Assembly: GCA_947488935.1 (NCBI GenBank)
Contig: CANLBN010000005.1
Location: 80,675-144,674 of the forward strand
Source: an uncultured Pseudomonadales bacterium
Lineage (GTDB): Bacteria; Pseudomonadota; Gammaproteobacteria; Pseudomonadales; Cellvibrionaceae
Length of the DNA: 64,000 nucleotides
Reading direction: 5' to 3'
Shown one piece after another: positions 27,764-37,415 of the stretch. Under the pieces are notes generated by a model that saw nothing but the letters and a program-made list of their open reading frames with translations, was not told the origin of the DNA and ran no database searches. The position numbers and the translations under genes are program-made. How positions within the stretch are numbered: the first letter of the stretch is position 1; each line of letters opens with the position of its first letter.

Positions 27764-29536
27764 TTATTTATTGGCGTCTGTAGTGGATTCTAGGCCTATT
27801 TCTTGGCTTATTTTATCCATGAGCGCAGTGACATCACGTTTGCCAACGAGAGCGGTCGCTAATTTAATATGGCTGCCAGAATGCAGCGTCGCGTTAATAT
27901 CATAATAAAGTGAATTACCCACTCTCGTGGTGCGTTTTAATGATAATTGCTTTATGTATTTTACCTGATAGGTGCTGTCCCTCATCTTAAACATCCCTGA
28001 GCGGACACGTAGTTGCCCACGAGATGTATCGAGGGTTGATCTAAATAACCAAGCATCGAGAGATATCAGTGTAAATACCAAAGCGAATAGTCCACCCACT
28101 ACAGCAAACATCACACTGCCTATTGTAGCGATAATACTTTGATCACTGATCCAAGTAGGCACCCCTATAGCCATTACATAGCATATAGCGGTGACTGCTG
28201 TCATTGAGAGGGCTACGCCTTTATGACGTGCGGGTGGGAAGTAATAAGAATTGCCTTGTGTTGTTGTACTGGCGATAACTTTTGTGCGTGACCAGTCCCC
28301 TTCATCGGTATAGGTTTTACGGGTATAAATTTGATCTGTAACAGACTGTGTATTGATAGTATGTTTAGCGGGTTTAAATACAGGTACTTCAAATTTTTGA
28401 ATGTAATCGGCTCCTGGAATATCTGCATGAATATGTAGACGCCATAAAAGTTTATTACTGCTATTTTCCCAATTGCTAGGCGCAGCATCACTAGGGATGT
28501 CGAATAAAACAGGTAGTCTAAATGCAGTTAAATAGGAGCCCTCTTCAACAGGGATCTTTTGTTCATCTTGCCATAGTATTGTTTCGGTTCTTCGGTTTTT
28601 GTTGCCCGACTTTACAATGTGGCTTCTTATATTACTGAGTTTTATATTAAAAATTGTCCCAGTAGGTAGTTTGTCTTTCATGACTAATTCCCCTCGCAAT
28701 ATATGGCCAAGTGCCGCAGGGAATGTGTCCATTTTAAATAGAGTTTTTGCAAAGCGCTTCCAGCGAAGGAAATAAATAGTGGTTTGGACCCAACAAATTA
28801 GCGTGCATAGCGGGAATATAGCAAATAGTAAGAGTGCGTTGTCTTGCTTGGTTTTAAACTCTTGAATGACCGTTGGTGCTGCGCCTACAGAGATAGCCGT
28901 CATTACGATGCTTGCGAGTAGTAGGGCAATTAATTGCGTTTTATGGCCTGATGTAAGCTCATTCGTTTGCCAAATCTTTTTCCATTTCCAGGGCTGGTCC
29001 GGGTATTTTTTTTGTCGTTCGGCCTCATCTTTTTGAAGGCCCTTCACATAGCTGATTCCCCAAAATCCAAGCGCACTGATGCTCAATAAAATAATTGCTG
29101 TAATAATAGGTGTGGTCACAGCACTGCTTTGGATAGAGCGGTAGATGACTGCATTTGATGGGTTCTCTGGGTCGACCCATATCGTTATCTTATTTTTATC
29201 GCTTCTATGTTGCCTTAATTGTCGGACGATCTGTTGTTGCCGTTCTCTGTTACTGTCATAGCTTTCATCGAGAAAGATGCGTTTGGCAGAATAGGATTTA
29301 CCTTGCCAAGTGTAAATGTAGTGTGCCTTCGCTTTGTAGGTAGTCGAGCCGTCTTTCGTTTGATTAGTTAATCGAGCAGAGAGAACAATCGCCTGTGCTT
29401 CTTGCCAGCGGTCAGTATTCGGTGATGTGTAAAGTGTTTCTACAACAGAGTTTAGAGAGTTTAGTCCACCGATTAAAAAAGGCACAATAAAGAGATAGAA
29501 TATCCATGTGGCTTTAAATTTTTTAGGTGTGTTCAT
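27764..29536 (-). CDS. Multi-domain membrane protein: N-terminal DUF3592-like domain, central arrestin/Ig-like domain, C-terminal TM cluster
   Basis: 590 aa. TM1 is followed by a beta-rich segment (WQEAQAIVLSARL...YKAKAHYIYTWQGKSY...ITIWVDPENP) typical of DUF3592. More TMs and two soluble modules follow. See findings. Confidence 0.7.
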   Translation of the reverse strand: MNTPKKFKATWIFYLFIVPFLIGGLNSLNSVVETLYTSPNTDRWQEAQAIVLSARLTNQTKDGSTTYKAKAHYIYTWQGKSYSAKRIFLDESYDSNRERQQQIVRQLRQHRSDKNKITIWVDPENPSNAVIYRSIQSSAVTTPIITAIILLSISALGFWGISYVKGLQKDEAERQKKYPDQPWKWKKIWQTNELTSGHKTQLIALLLASIVMTAISVGAAPTVIQEFKTKQDNALLLFAIFPLCTLICWVQTTIYFLRWKRFAKTLFKMDTFPAALGHILRGELVMKDKLPTGTIFNIKLSNIRSHIVKSGNKNRRTETILWQDEQKIPVEEGSYLTAFRLPVLFDIPSDAAPSNWENSSNKLLWRLHIHADIPGADYIQKFEVPVFKPAKHTINTQSVTDQIYTRKTYTDEGDWSRTKVIASTTTQGNSYYFPPARHKGVALSMTAVTAICYVMAIGVPTWISDQSIIATIGSVMFAVVGGLFALVFTLISLDAWLFRSTLDTSRGQLRVRSGMFKMRDSTYQVKYIKQLSLKRTTRVGNSLYYDINATLHSGSHIKLATALVGKRDVTALMDKISQEIGLESTTDANK

Positions 29537-29634
29537 TCGCGTTAATATCCGTCTAAATTATTATTTAACGCTCTACAAATCCAATATGCTGATGTAGAGC
29601 GGCAACTGCTTTTGCATTTGATGTTTTTTGGCTG

Positions 29635-29659
29635 TTTATAGGTATTCTTTATAGGTATT
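29635..29659. repeat. Tandem 12-nt direct repeat (tttataggtatt x2, 13-nt period)
   Basis: 29635-29646 and 29648-29659 are identical. They lie about 100-125 nt upstream of the 27764..29536 gene start. A 9-bp-stem hairpin lies at 29569-29601. Confidence 0.5.
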
Positions 29660-29921
29660 GTTACCGGTCTGTAATCTTGTATCTATGGCTACAAGTGGCA
29701 CTGTTATTATTTTTTATTAATAGGAGGCGCTATTGTAGAGACTTATAGTGATTTGATAAACATCAGTCACGATTTATAGCCAGTATTATTTATCCGGCTA
29801 AGGTTTATGTCTGGTTTTGGGGGGGCGAATATTGTGGCCGCTAAGGTGCAACCACAAAAAGACGTTTACAAACAGTAGGTGTTTATCTGGAGGTGTTTGT
29901 ATAGATAAAATATTTACCGGT

Positions 29922-30581
29922 TTATTTTGGTTGTTTTACCACGCGTAAGTAGGGTTTTAACTCATTCCAGCCCTCGGGGTATTTCTCTTTTGCCTCGTCG
30001 TTAGATACAGCAGGTACGATAATGACATCGTCTCCATTCTCCCAGTTTACGGGCGTTGCTACCTTGTGTTTAGCTGTTAACTGCATAGAGTCCAAGACTC
30101 TGATAATTTCATTAAAATTACGACCGGTTGTCATAGGATAAGTCATCATCAGTTTAATGTTTTTATCGGGCCCAATAATAAATACAGAGCGAACTGTGGC
30201 ATTAGTTAGTGCTGTTCTGCCCTCGGCAGTACCCGTTTCGTCAGCAGGGAACATATTATAGAGTTTGGAGACATTGAGATCGGTATCGCCAATCATAGGA
30301 AACTTAACTTGATGGCCTTGGGTTTCTTCAATGTCTTTTGCCCAGTCGGCATGGTTATCAACGGGGTCGACGCTTAAGCCAATCATTTTGCAGTTGCGTT
30401 TGGCAAATTCGTCTTCAAGGCCTGCGGCAAAGCCTAACTCTGTTGTACAAACAGGCGTGAAGTCTTTTGGGTGAGAAAATAAAACGGCCCAGCTATCGCC
30501 AATCCAGTCATGAAAGGTGATTTCTCCTTGGGTTGTTTGAGCCGTAAAGTTGGGTGCTTGGTCATTAATACGTAGTGACAT
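29922..30581 (-). CDS. 1-Cys peroxiredoxin (Prx6-type)
   Basis: MSLRINDQAPNF...WAVLFSHPKDFTPVCTTELG has the peroxidatic Cys motif PVCTTE. ATG at 30581 has a GAGGA RBS. The track start at 30623 adds an implausible leader. Confidence 0.9.
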   Translation of the reverse strand: MSLRINDQAPNFTAQTTQGEITFHDWIGDSWAVLFSHPKDFTPVCTTELGFAAGLEDEFAKRNCKMIGLSVDPVDNHADWAKDIEETQGHQVKFPMIGDTDLNVSKLYNMFPADETGTAEGRTALTNATVRSVFIIGPDKNIKLMMTYPMTTGRNFNEIIRVLDSMQLTAKHKVATPVNWENGDDVIIVPAVSNDEAKEKYPEGWNELKPYLRVVKQPK

Positions 30582-30771
30582 AATCGGTGTCCTCAGTGAG
30601 TTAATAAATACTATGCTAAACATACTATTTATATGAAATATCTACAGGCTAATCGAGTGTTATTTTGTCGTGTTTATATCGCGACCGCAAGCCTCAAGTG
30701 TTGATAGTGGCAGAACTAATCGTGCTATTAATATAACAAATTTTTTTAATGCAGATGGGTATTAATAAACA

Positions 30772-30811
30772 ATAAAAGACTGCTCATTGGCTATTTATAC
30801 CAATGAGCAGC
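30772..30811 (-). terminator. Rho-independent terminator after the DUF547 gene
   Basis: ctgctcattgg / ccaatgagcag 11-bp stem (30780-30790 / 30800-30810). On the minus strand it is followed by TCTTTTATT. Confidence 0.6.
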
Positions 30812-30842
30812 AATTGTAAGTGGAGAGCGAATAGTCTTGGAA

Positions 30843-31631
30843 TTATGGCTGTTGATTAACAGTCCAGTCGTATTTAATAAACTTAATTTTATAACTCTCT
30901 GGAATTGGCTTGCTAAGATAAGGGTTAACATAGGTCGCGAGGTCTTTAGTTTTTCCCGACTCAACAAAATCGTCGACGTATACATCGAGAATCCATGATA
31001 AATAAGCGGTATTTTTTTCATGATCAAAGCGCAGGTGATTATCTTTAGTAAAAAATTCTACCGTCGCATCGTCAAATTGTTTATCAAGAGTTTCTGATAA
31101 AAAAGGTTGCTGGGGTAGGCGAGGACAATCTTTAACCATACAGTTGAGCGCAAAGTGTATGCGTGGCTCATCGAGTGGGCGTATCACTTTATTTTCATAG
31201 TCATATAGGTTGGTTTTTTTACCGCCAATCACGACACCTCTAAATTTAAAAAAAGCAGCGCGTTTAAAAAAACTACTAAAGTTTTTTGGAATCTTTTTCT
31301 TAATTACCTCATGCATAGCTAAGGCATTGTAGGTGTTAGAGTGGTAAGCCAGTACGTCGTTTCGTGTTGGGAATAACTCGGGGTGAGACTTTGGGCTGGC
31401 ACTGGCGATAAAGTTGACCATTTTTTTAAGGTCTTCTGGTTTTTCTTTGAGAGCAATAAAGTCCGTTCGGCCTTTATCATCGACAAATTCTACTAATACC
31501 TTAGACCAGTGTTTTAGAGCCTCTTGGTAGGCTTCTTGGTTGGTCGCATGAGATAGCGTAGAGAAAAATAAGCTTGCAATAAAAAGTAAGGCTGTTGATT
31601 TTTTTAACGATGAAAGTGTTGCTCTTAACAT
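30843..31631 (-). CDS. DUF547-domain protein with signal peptide
   Basis: N-terminal signal LFIASLFFSTLSHA. NTYNALAMHEVI...PRIHFALNCMVKDCPRL is the conserved DUF547 core (RIHFAL.C....CP). Confidence 0.7.
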   Translation of the reverse strand: MLRATLSSLKKSTALLFIASLFFSTLSHATNQEAYQEALKHWSKVLVEFVDDKGRTDFIALKEKPEDLKKMVNFIASASPKSHPELFPTRNDVLAYHSNTYNALAMHEVIKKKIPKNFSSFFKRAAFFKFRGVVIGGKKTNLYDYENKVIRPLDEPRIHFALNCMVKDCPRLPQQPFLSETLDKQFDDATVEFFTKDNHLRFDHEKNTAYLSWILDVYVDDFVESGKTKDLATYVNPYLSKPIPESYKIKFIKYDWTVNQQP

Positions 31632-31667
31632 AATATTAGTAACCGCATTGTTGATATAATTAACTAT

Positions 31668-33008
31668 TTAGCTCGATGCCTTTTTGGGGCTATGCCATTT
31701 AAGAGGCTGAAACTCCTCGACAGTTCCATCTTTGTTGGTGATCTCTATCGGTTTGAGTATAAACTCATCGCGGTTGGCATTGTGTTTGCACATAGAGACA
31801 GGCCCTTCTGCTGTCATTACCATAAAGGAGCAGCCATCTATTCTCTCTTCCTCTAAGTGTTTGGCATCCATAAAGTTTTGCACAAATATTGTCATTTTAT
31901 GAACACGTCCACGCCCTTTAATGATATCGCCAGATAGGCTTATTAGCTTTTTAAAGGCATATAAAAATAATCGAGGCCACCAAAGCGGTTTAGTAATAGC
32001 TTTTTGTAAAAAGGACGCAACAATGCTGCTAGTCGAGGTGTGTCTATCCCAGGAGATAGTAGAAAAGTCTTTTACAAAGTCACTAAAAAAGTGCTTATCG
32101 GTCATCATAGGGTGGATATTGTTATTCACCACAAAGTTGGGTAGGTAGCTGTGGCAGTCGCTGTGACCGAGTTGCATAGCATCCCATGGTAGTGTTTTTT
32201 TCGTTGCTACTTCGATTTGCTGCTGTACGGTTTCTTTGTTAATAATAATGTCGCGAGTTTTCCATTCTCCTCGTCCAGTATCGGCTTGTAGTTGGAAAGA
32301 TATTAGGCCAACGGTATCGGCCTGTGTACTAAAAAAGTTAACAAGTGCAGGTATTTCTGCAAAATTCTCTTTATGTACCGTTGTATTAAAGATGACGGTT
32401 AAGCCTAGTCCACGAGCACGATTAATATATTCTTGGCGTATCTCGTTGAGTTCTACTTCGTTTTTGTAGCCTTTGCGCCGCTGTGTTGTATCCACATGAA
32501 AGGCGACATCACATAAACCGACACTGGCAAGTTGTGTTAATAGCTCGCGGCTTGCTGCTAGTCCGTTAGTAAAGAGTGCAGGGTAGAGGCCTATGTCACG
32601 TGCGTAGCGGACGATTTCGATAAGCTCTCTGTGTTTGCGTAAAGTGGGGTCGCCACCGGTAATTTGGACATGTGTGCCTTTGCCGTAATGGGTGATCACA
32701 TTATCTAGGCGTTTAAATATCTCACTAATGGGAATGTCGCGTACCGCTTGAGAGTGTTCCGAAAGGTAGCAAAGTGTACAATCTAAATTACAGCGCTGGG
32801 TTATCTCTACTGCAACGCAGCCAATAGTTTGTATACGCCCTAGTATCTGATTACTGGTAAATAATTTGCCCATGCGATCTTTGGTTTGAGCTAATAAAAG
32901 CTCTTTTTGTTGTGCTATGAATTGCGACGACATGAATTGGGTACCGCTTTGTCTATAATTAAAGATCTGGTTAGGGATATTATGGCCACTATCACAGTCA
33001 ATAGACAA
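31668..33008 (-). CDS. Radical SAM protein, unknown subfamily
   Basis: EITQRCNLDCTLCYLSE has the CxxxCxxC motif. ITGGDPTL is the GGE-like motif. The ~200-aa C-terminal extension carries sparse Cys (DGCSFMVMTAEGPVSMCKHN). An alternative start is M26 at 32933. Confidence 0.85.
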   Translation of the reverse strand: MSIDCDSGHNIPNQIFNYRQSGTQFMSSQFIAQQKELLLAQTKDRMGKLFTSNQILGRIQTIGCVAVEITQRCNLDCTLCYLSEHSQAVRDIPISEIFKRLDNVITHYGKGTHVQITGGDPTLRKHRELIEIVRYARDIGLYPALFTNGLAASRELLTQLASVGLCDVAFHVDTTQRRKGYKNEVELNEIRQEYINRARGLGLTVIFNTTVHKENFAEIPALVNFFSTQADTVGLISFQLQADTGRGEWKTRDIIINKETVQQQIEVATKKTLPWDAMQLGHSDCHSYLPNFVVNNNIHPMMTDKHFFSDFVKDFSTISWDRHTSTSSIVASFLQKAITKPLWWPRLFLYAFKKLISLSGDIIKGRGRVHKMTIFVQNFMDAKHLEEERIDGCSFMVMTAEGPVSMCKHNANRDEFILKPIEITNKDGTVEEFQPLKWHSPKKASS

Positions 33009-33039
33009 AATCGCCTAAAATGATATTGGATAACAACGA

Positions 33040-34098
33040 ATGCTAAGACCTTGTGTTGCTAAACTAAGTTCCTGCCTGCAGGTACTATCCATCTGTTTGT
33101 TAGGTTTTGTGAGCCTTTCTACAAATGGCGCTACATCTTTAGCCGAGGCATCAATAGCCAATGAATATCAAGGTAGCAGCTTTGATCGTATTAAACACAT
33201 AGTTTTTGAAAGCCCTTATCGAGAGCTACCGCAGTATCGGGTTGATCGTAAGCACTTTGGTAAAAAGGGTAAGGGCAAGGACAACTATGTTTTAGAGGCA
33301 GGTAAGCGGACTTTGTCTGTTAGGCACGATTTATTAGACTTCCCCAATAAGCAAAAATTGTTTCAGGCTAATGGTATTTGTTTTGCGGGTGATTGGATTA
33401 TTGATCAACGCTCTCCGTTTACTGGGCAGTTTAGTTATTTAACCAATACGCCTGTTATTGCAAGGGCATCGGTTGCCTTGAGTGGTACAAAGCAAAAAAA
33501 TAAACGTGCTTTTGGTTTTGCGCTAAAGTTGTTTCCTTCACCGAGTAAAAATATTGCTGTGCCTACATTGAATGCGTTTGTTATGCATTCTTTATCAGGT
33601 ACGGTCACTAAGCATGTACTTGATTTAACAATGGATAACGAGCCGCCGTTAAATGGTTTGCCACCTTTTTCTCAGCTTGGAGTTGCTTATCGCCTATTAC
33701 GTGATTTTAGTCGAGCGGATAAAGAAATTAGCCAGCAAAAACCCGATGTAGGCTTTAGGCCAATTTCTCACTTGGCAGTAGTTAACAGCAAAGGTGAGAA
33801 TATTGTTCTCGATAAAATTATCTCACCTCGCTGGCTAAGATTGCGCCCACATGGCGATACCCCCCGTGCCGATAAAAACGATTTCAGAGATGAGTTGCGT
33901 TTGGAGAATTACCCCAATCAGCAATTGAGCTGGGCGATAGAAGTCGGCTATGTTGAAAACATAGACAACAGTGATAGCGATAAAATTAAAAAATCAAAAG
34001 CGCAGTGGCAAGAGATTGGTCAGCTAGTAGTAAATGAGTCGGTTGCGTCGGCTGCTTGTGATCAACAACTACACTTTTCGCATCCTACGCTTAATTAA
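33040..34098 (+). CDS. Secreted hypothetical protein with distant catalase-core-like segment
   Basis: Signal-like N-terminus. KLFQANGICFAGDW...TPVIARASVALSG...RAFGFALKLF loosely parallels catalase RVVHARG..HGYF...TPVFVRFS...RGFA.KFY, but Gln replaces the distal His. The family call is weak. Confidence 0.6.
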   Translation: MLRPCVAKLSSCLQVLSICLLGFVSLSTNGATSLAEASIANEYQGSSFDRIKHIVFESPYRELPQYRVDRKHFGKKGKGKDNYVLEAGKRTLSVRHDLLDFPNKQKLFQANGICFAGDWIIDQRSPFTGQFSYLTNTPVIARASVALSGTKQKNKRAFGFALKLFPSPSKNIAVPTLNAFVMHSLSGTVTKHVLDLTMDNEPPLNGLPPFSQLGVAYRLLRDFSRADKEISQQKPDVGFRPISHLAVVNSKGENIVLDKIISPRWLRLRPHGDTPRADKNDFRDELRLENYPNQQLSWAIEVGYVENIDNSDSDKIKKSKAQWQEIGQLVVNESVASAACDQQLHFSHPTLN

Positions 34099-34140
34099 TG
34101 TGTTCTCAATTGGGTCGCTTAAATAGAGGTTAAAATTTTA

Positions 34141-34428
34141 TCATCTACCTCTAAATAAAGTGGATGCTGCATGTATGTGTTCGCCTTTAGATAATTTGTT
34201 GAGCATTCCTGTTCTGGCAAATAAAAAGTAACAAACGAGATTGCCTACTAAAGGTACTGTCCACATTGGGATAATTATTTTTCTCTTGAAGGATGGAGAT
34301 ATCGTCTTAATACGATTCACTCTTAAAGTGAGTAGTAATGCAGGTAATAACCATAGTGATAGAGCGATAAGAAGAGTAATGAAGATAATTTTATTTTCTG
34401 TCATTAATGGATAATGAGCAGTCACCAT
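34141..34428 (-). CDS. Small two-TM membrane protein (hypothetical)
   Basis: 95-aa ORF just downstream of valS on the same strand, with two hydrophobic segments. No family recognised. Confidence 0.4.
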   Translation of the reverse strand: MVTAHYPLMTENKIIFITLLIALSLWLLPALLLTLRVNRIKTISPSFKRKIIIPMWTVPLVGNLVCYFLFARTGMLNKLSKGEHIHAASTLFRGR

Positions 34429-34465
34429 CGATAATCAGTAAACTGCTCAACTCTTAGCTTATAAA

Positions 34466-37243
34466 TTAGATAGATTTAATTTTCTCGATTTGCTGTTGTA
34501 GTTTTTCTACCGCAGATTCAGCCGCAGCTAGTCGCGCTTTTTCTTTTTCGACAACTTCAGCGGGTGCTTTATCGACAAAGTTAGCGTTGCTAAGTTTACC
34601 TTGCAGTTGTTTGATTTCACCACTACGTTTTGCAATGTCTTTTTCTAGGCGCGCAATTTCTGCGTCTTTATCGATAAAGCCTGCCATGGGTACGTGAATT
34701 TCCATATCGCCAACGAGTGCAGTTGATGACATCGGCGCTTCGCTGCCTGCTGCTACCCAATGGGTCTCGTTTAAGTTGGCAAGTTTAATTAAGAATTGAT
34801 CGTTGTCATGTAAACGTTGTTTGTCGCCGTCACTGCCATTAACAAAATACAGGGGCAGTTTGGCCGATGGCGAAATGTTCATTTCGCCACGAATAGCACG
34901 TACACCAACAATTACCTGTTTGGCCCACTCGATATCATCGATGGCTTGTTGATCTATTTTACTCTCATCGGCAATCGGGTATGCGGCGTGCATGATAGTC
35001 TCGCCCTCGGCACCAGCGAGAGTTTTAACGCGCTGCCAAATCTCTTCGGTAATATAGGGAATTAACGGGTGAGCTAGGCGCAGTGTTGCTTCGAGTACTC
35101 GAATTAACGTTCGTCGTGTGCCGCGTTTTTGCGCATCGGTTGCGGTGTTTGTACCGCTGTCTTCCCATAAAATTGGTTTTGATAGTTCTAAGTACCAATC
35201 GCAGTATTCATTCCAAATAAAATCGTAAAGCGCTTGCGATGCGAGATCGAGTCGATAGGTTTCTATACCTTCGGCAACGGCTTTTTCGGCAATTTGTAAT
35301 TTAGACACAATCCAGCGATCTGCGAGAGATAATTCAACTGGCTCATTACCCAAGCCGCAATCTTTATCTTCGCAGTTCATCAATACATAGCGCGAGGCGT
35401 TCCAAATTTTGTTACAAAAATTTCTAAAGCCTTCGATGCGGCCCACATCAAAATTAATATCACGCCCGGTAGATGCAAGCGAATAATAGGTATAGCGCAG
35501 CGCATCGGTGCCGTAAGGGTTAATGCCTTCGCTAAACTCTTTGCGAGTTTGCTTTTCGATTTTGCTTGCTTGCTTGGGGTTCATTAAACCCTTGGTACGT
35601 TTAGTGACGAGTGATTCAAGGTCGATGCCGTCGATCAAATCGATAGGGTCGAGTACATTGCCCTTTGATTTAGACATTTTTTGTCCTTGGCTATCGCGTA
35701 CAAGACCGTGTACATACACCGTATGAAAAGGGATCTCTTTACGAAAATGCAGGGTCAGCATAATCATGCGTGCGACCCAAAAGAAAATAATATCAAAGCC
35801 TGTCACTAACACGTCGGTTGGGTGAAAGGTTTTTAACGCCTCGGTGTTCTCGGGCCAGCCAAGTGTACCAAAGGTCCATAAGCCTGATGAAAACCAAGTA
35901 TCTAATACATCTTCGTCTTGGCGTAGTGCTAAGCTATCGTCAAGTTTATATTTTTCGCGGGCCTCGATTTCGCTACGTGCAACGTAAATATTACCGGCAT
36001 CGTCATACCATGCAGGTATGCGGTGTCCCCACCATAGTTGGCGTGAAATACACCAGTCTTGAATGTCGCGCATCCAAGAGAAGTACATATTCTCGTACTG
36101 CTTAGGTACAAACTTTATCTCGTCTTCCTCTACGGCTTTGATTGCCTCATCGGCCAAGGGTTGTGTTTTTACATACCATTGGTTGGTTAAGTAAGGCTCA
36201 ATAACGACACCCGAGCGGTCGCCTATGGGTAGTTTTAAATCGTGGTCGTCAATTTTATCGAGTAGGCCTTGGGTATCTAGGTCGGCAACAATTTGTTTGC
36301 GTGCAACAAAGCGATCCAACCCTTGGTAGGCTTCAGGTGCATTGTCATTAATTTGTGCGTCATCGTTAAAAATGTTGATCATGGGTAGGCTGTGACGCTG
36401 CCCCATTTCATAGTCGTTAAAGTCGTGTGCGGGTGTAATTTTTACGCAGCCGGTACCAAAGTCTTTATCGACATAATCATCGGCAATAATAGGTATTTCT
36501 CGGCCGACCAAGGGCAAGGTAATTGTTTGGCCAATAAGATGTGCGTAGCGTTCATCCTCTGGGTGCACAGCGACTGCGGTATCACCAAGCATGGTTTCTG
36601 GTCGTGTTGTGGCAACGACTAAATGGCCTTCGCCAGAAGTGAGTGGGTAGCGAAAGTGCCAAAGCGAGCCTTTTTTGTCTTGGTTGATCACCTCTAAGTC
36701 AGAAATGGCCGTATGTAATTTAGGATCCCAGTTAACGAGACGGTTACCACGATAAATTAAATTCTCTTCGTAGAGTTGAATAAACACTTCCTGCACGGCC
36801 TTGTAAAAGCCATCGTCCATGGTAAAGCGCTCGCGACTCCAGTCGGGGCTTGCGCCAAGGCGACGTAATTGCCGCGTAATATTACCGCCAGACTCTTCTT
36901 TCCATTCCCAGACTTTTTCAATAAACTTTTCGCGCCCAAGGTCGTGACGAGAGACTCCATCGGCCTCAAGTAAGCGCTCAACCACCATTTGTGTTGCAAT
37001 TCCGGCGTGGTCTGTACCCACTTGCCATAGGGTGTTTTTGCCCTTCATACGGTTGTAACGAACCAGTGCATCCATTATTGCTTCTTGAAAGCCATGGCCC
37101 ATATGTAAGCTACCTGTCACATTAGGCGGCGGGATCATAATGCAATAGCTTTCGCCTTTACCGGAGGGTTTAAAGTAGCCTTTGTCTTCCCAAGTTTGGT
37201 ACCAGGATTGTTCGATTGCTTGTGGCTGATAGGTTTTTTCCAT
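34466..37243 (-). CDS. valS: Valine--tRNA ligase
   Basis: [24 protein letters not shown] matches the E. coli ValS N-terminus. HIGH-type [18 protein letters not shown], and a C-terminal coiled coil are present. ATG at 37243 preferred over 37252. Confidence 0.97.
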   Translation of the reverse strand: MEKTYQPQAIEQSWYQTWEDKGYFKPSGKGESYCIMIPPPNVTGSLHMGHGFQEAIMDALVRYNRMKGKNTLWQVGTDHAGIATQMVVERLLEADGVSRHDLGREKFIEKVWEWKEESGGNITRQLRRLGASPDWSRERFTMDDGFYKAVQEVFIQLYEENLIYRGNRLVNWDPKLHTAISDLEVINQDKKGSLWHFRYPLTSGEGHLVVATTRPETMLGDTAVAVHPEDERYAHLIGQTITLPLVGREIPIIADDYVDKDFGTGCVKITPAHDFNDYEMGQRHSLPMINIFNDDAQINDNAPEAYQGLDRFVARKQIVADLDTQGLLDKIDDHDLKLPIGDRSGVVIEPYLTNQWYVKTQPLADEAIKAVEEDEIKFVPKQYENMYFSWMRDIQDWCISRQLWWGHRIPAWYDDAGNIYVARSEIEAREKYKLDDSLALRQDEDVLDTWFSSGLWTFGTLGWPENTEALKTFHPTDVLVTGFDIIFFWVARMIMLTLHFRKEIPFHTVYVHGLVRDSQGQKMSKSKGNVLDPIDLIDGIDLESLVTKRTKGLMNPKQASKIEKQTRKEFSEGINPYGTDALRYTYYSLASTGRDINFDVGRIEGFRNFCNKIWNASRYVLMNCEDKDCGLGNEPVELSLADRWIVSKLQIAEKAVAEGIETYRLDLASQALYDFIWNEYCDWYLELSKPILWEDSGTNTATDAQKRGTRRTLIRVLEATLRLAHPLIPYITEEIWQRVKTLAGAEGETIMHAAYPIADESKIDQQAIDDIEWAKQVIVGVRAIRGEMNISPSAKLPLYFVNGSDGDKQRLHDNDQFLIKLANLNETHWVAAGSEAPMSSTALVGDMEIHVPMAGFIDKDAEIARLEKDIAKRSGEIKQLQGKLSNANFVDKAPAEVVEKEKARLAAAESAVEKLQQQIEKIKSI

Positions 37244-37415
37244 GGTGTTCAAAAAGTCTTTTGTTATATTAATGTGTGCTAATGGTTTAGGTGTTTGCTT
37301 TTCCTATATCACATACGCGCGTCAGTATTTAGTGCCAATCGCACTACAAAAAGAATTATACATAGTTCAGCCCCGAATGTGGTGGATTACACAACTTGCC
37401 GGCGGGTTTATTCGA

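Noticed and set aside
30791-31027. 78-aa minus-strand ORF overlapping the 3' end of the DUF547 gene
   Set aside because: It is in an alternative frame of a better-supported gene and runs into the terminator hairpin.
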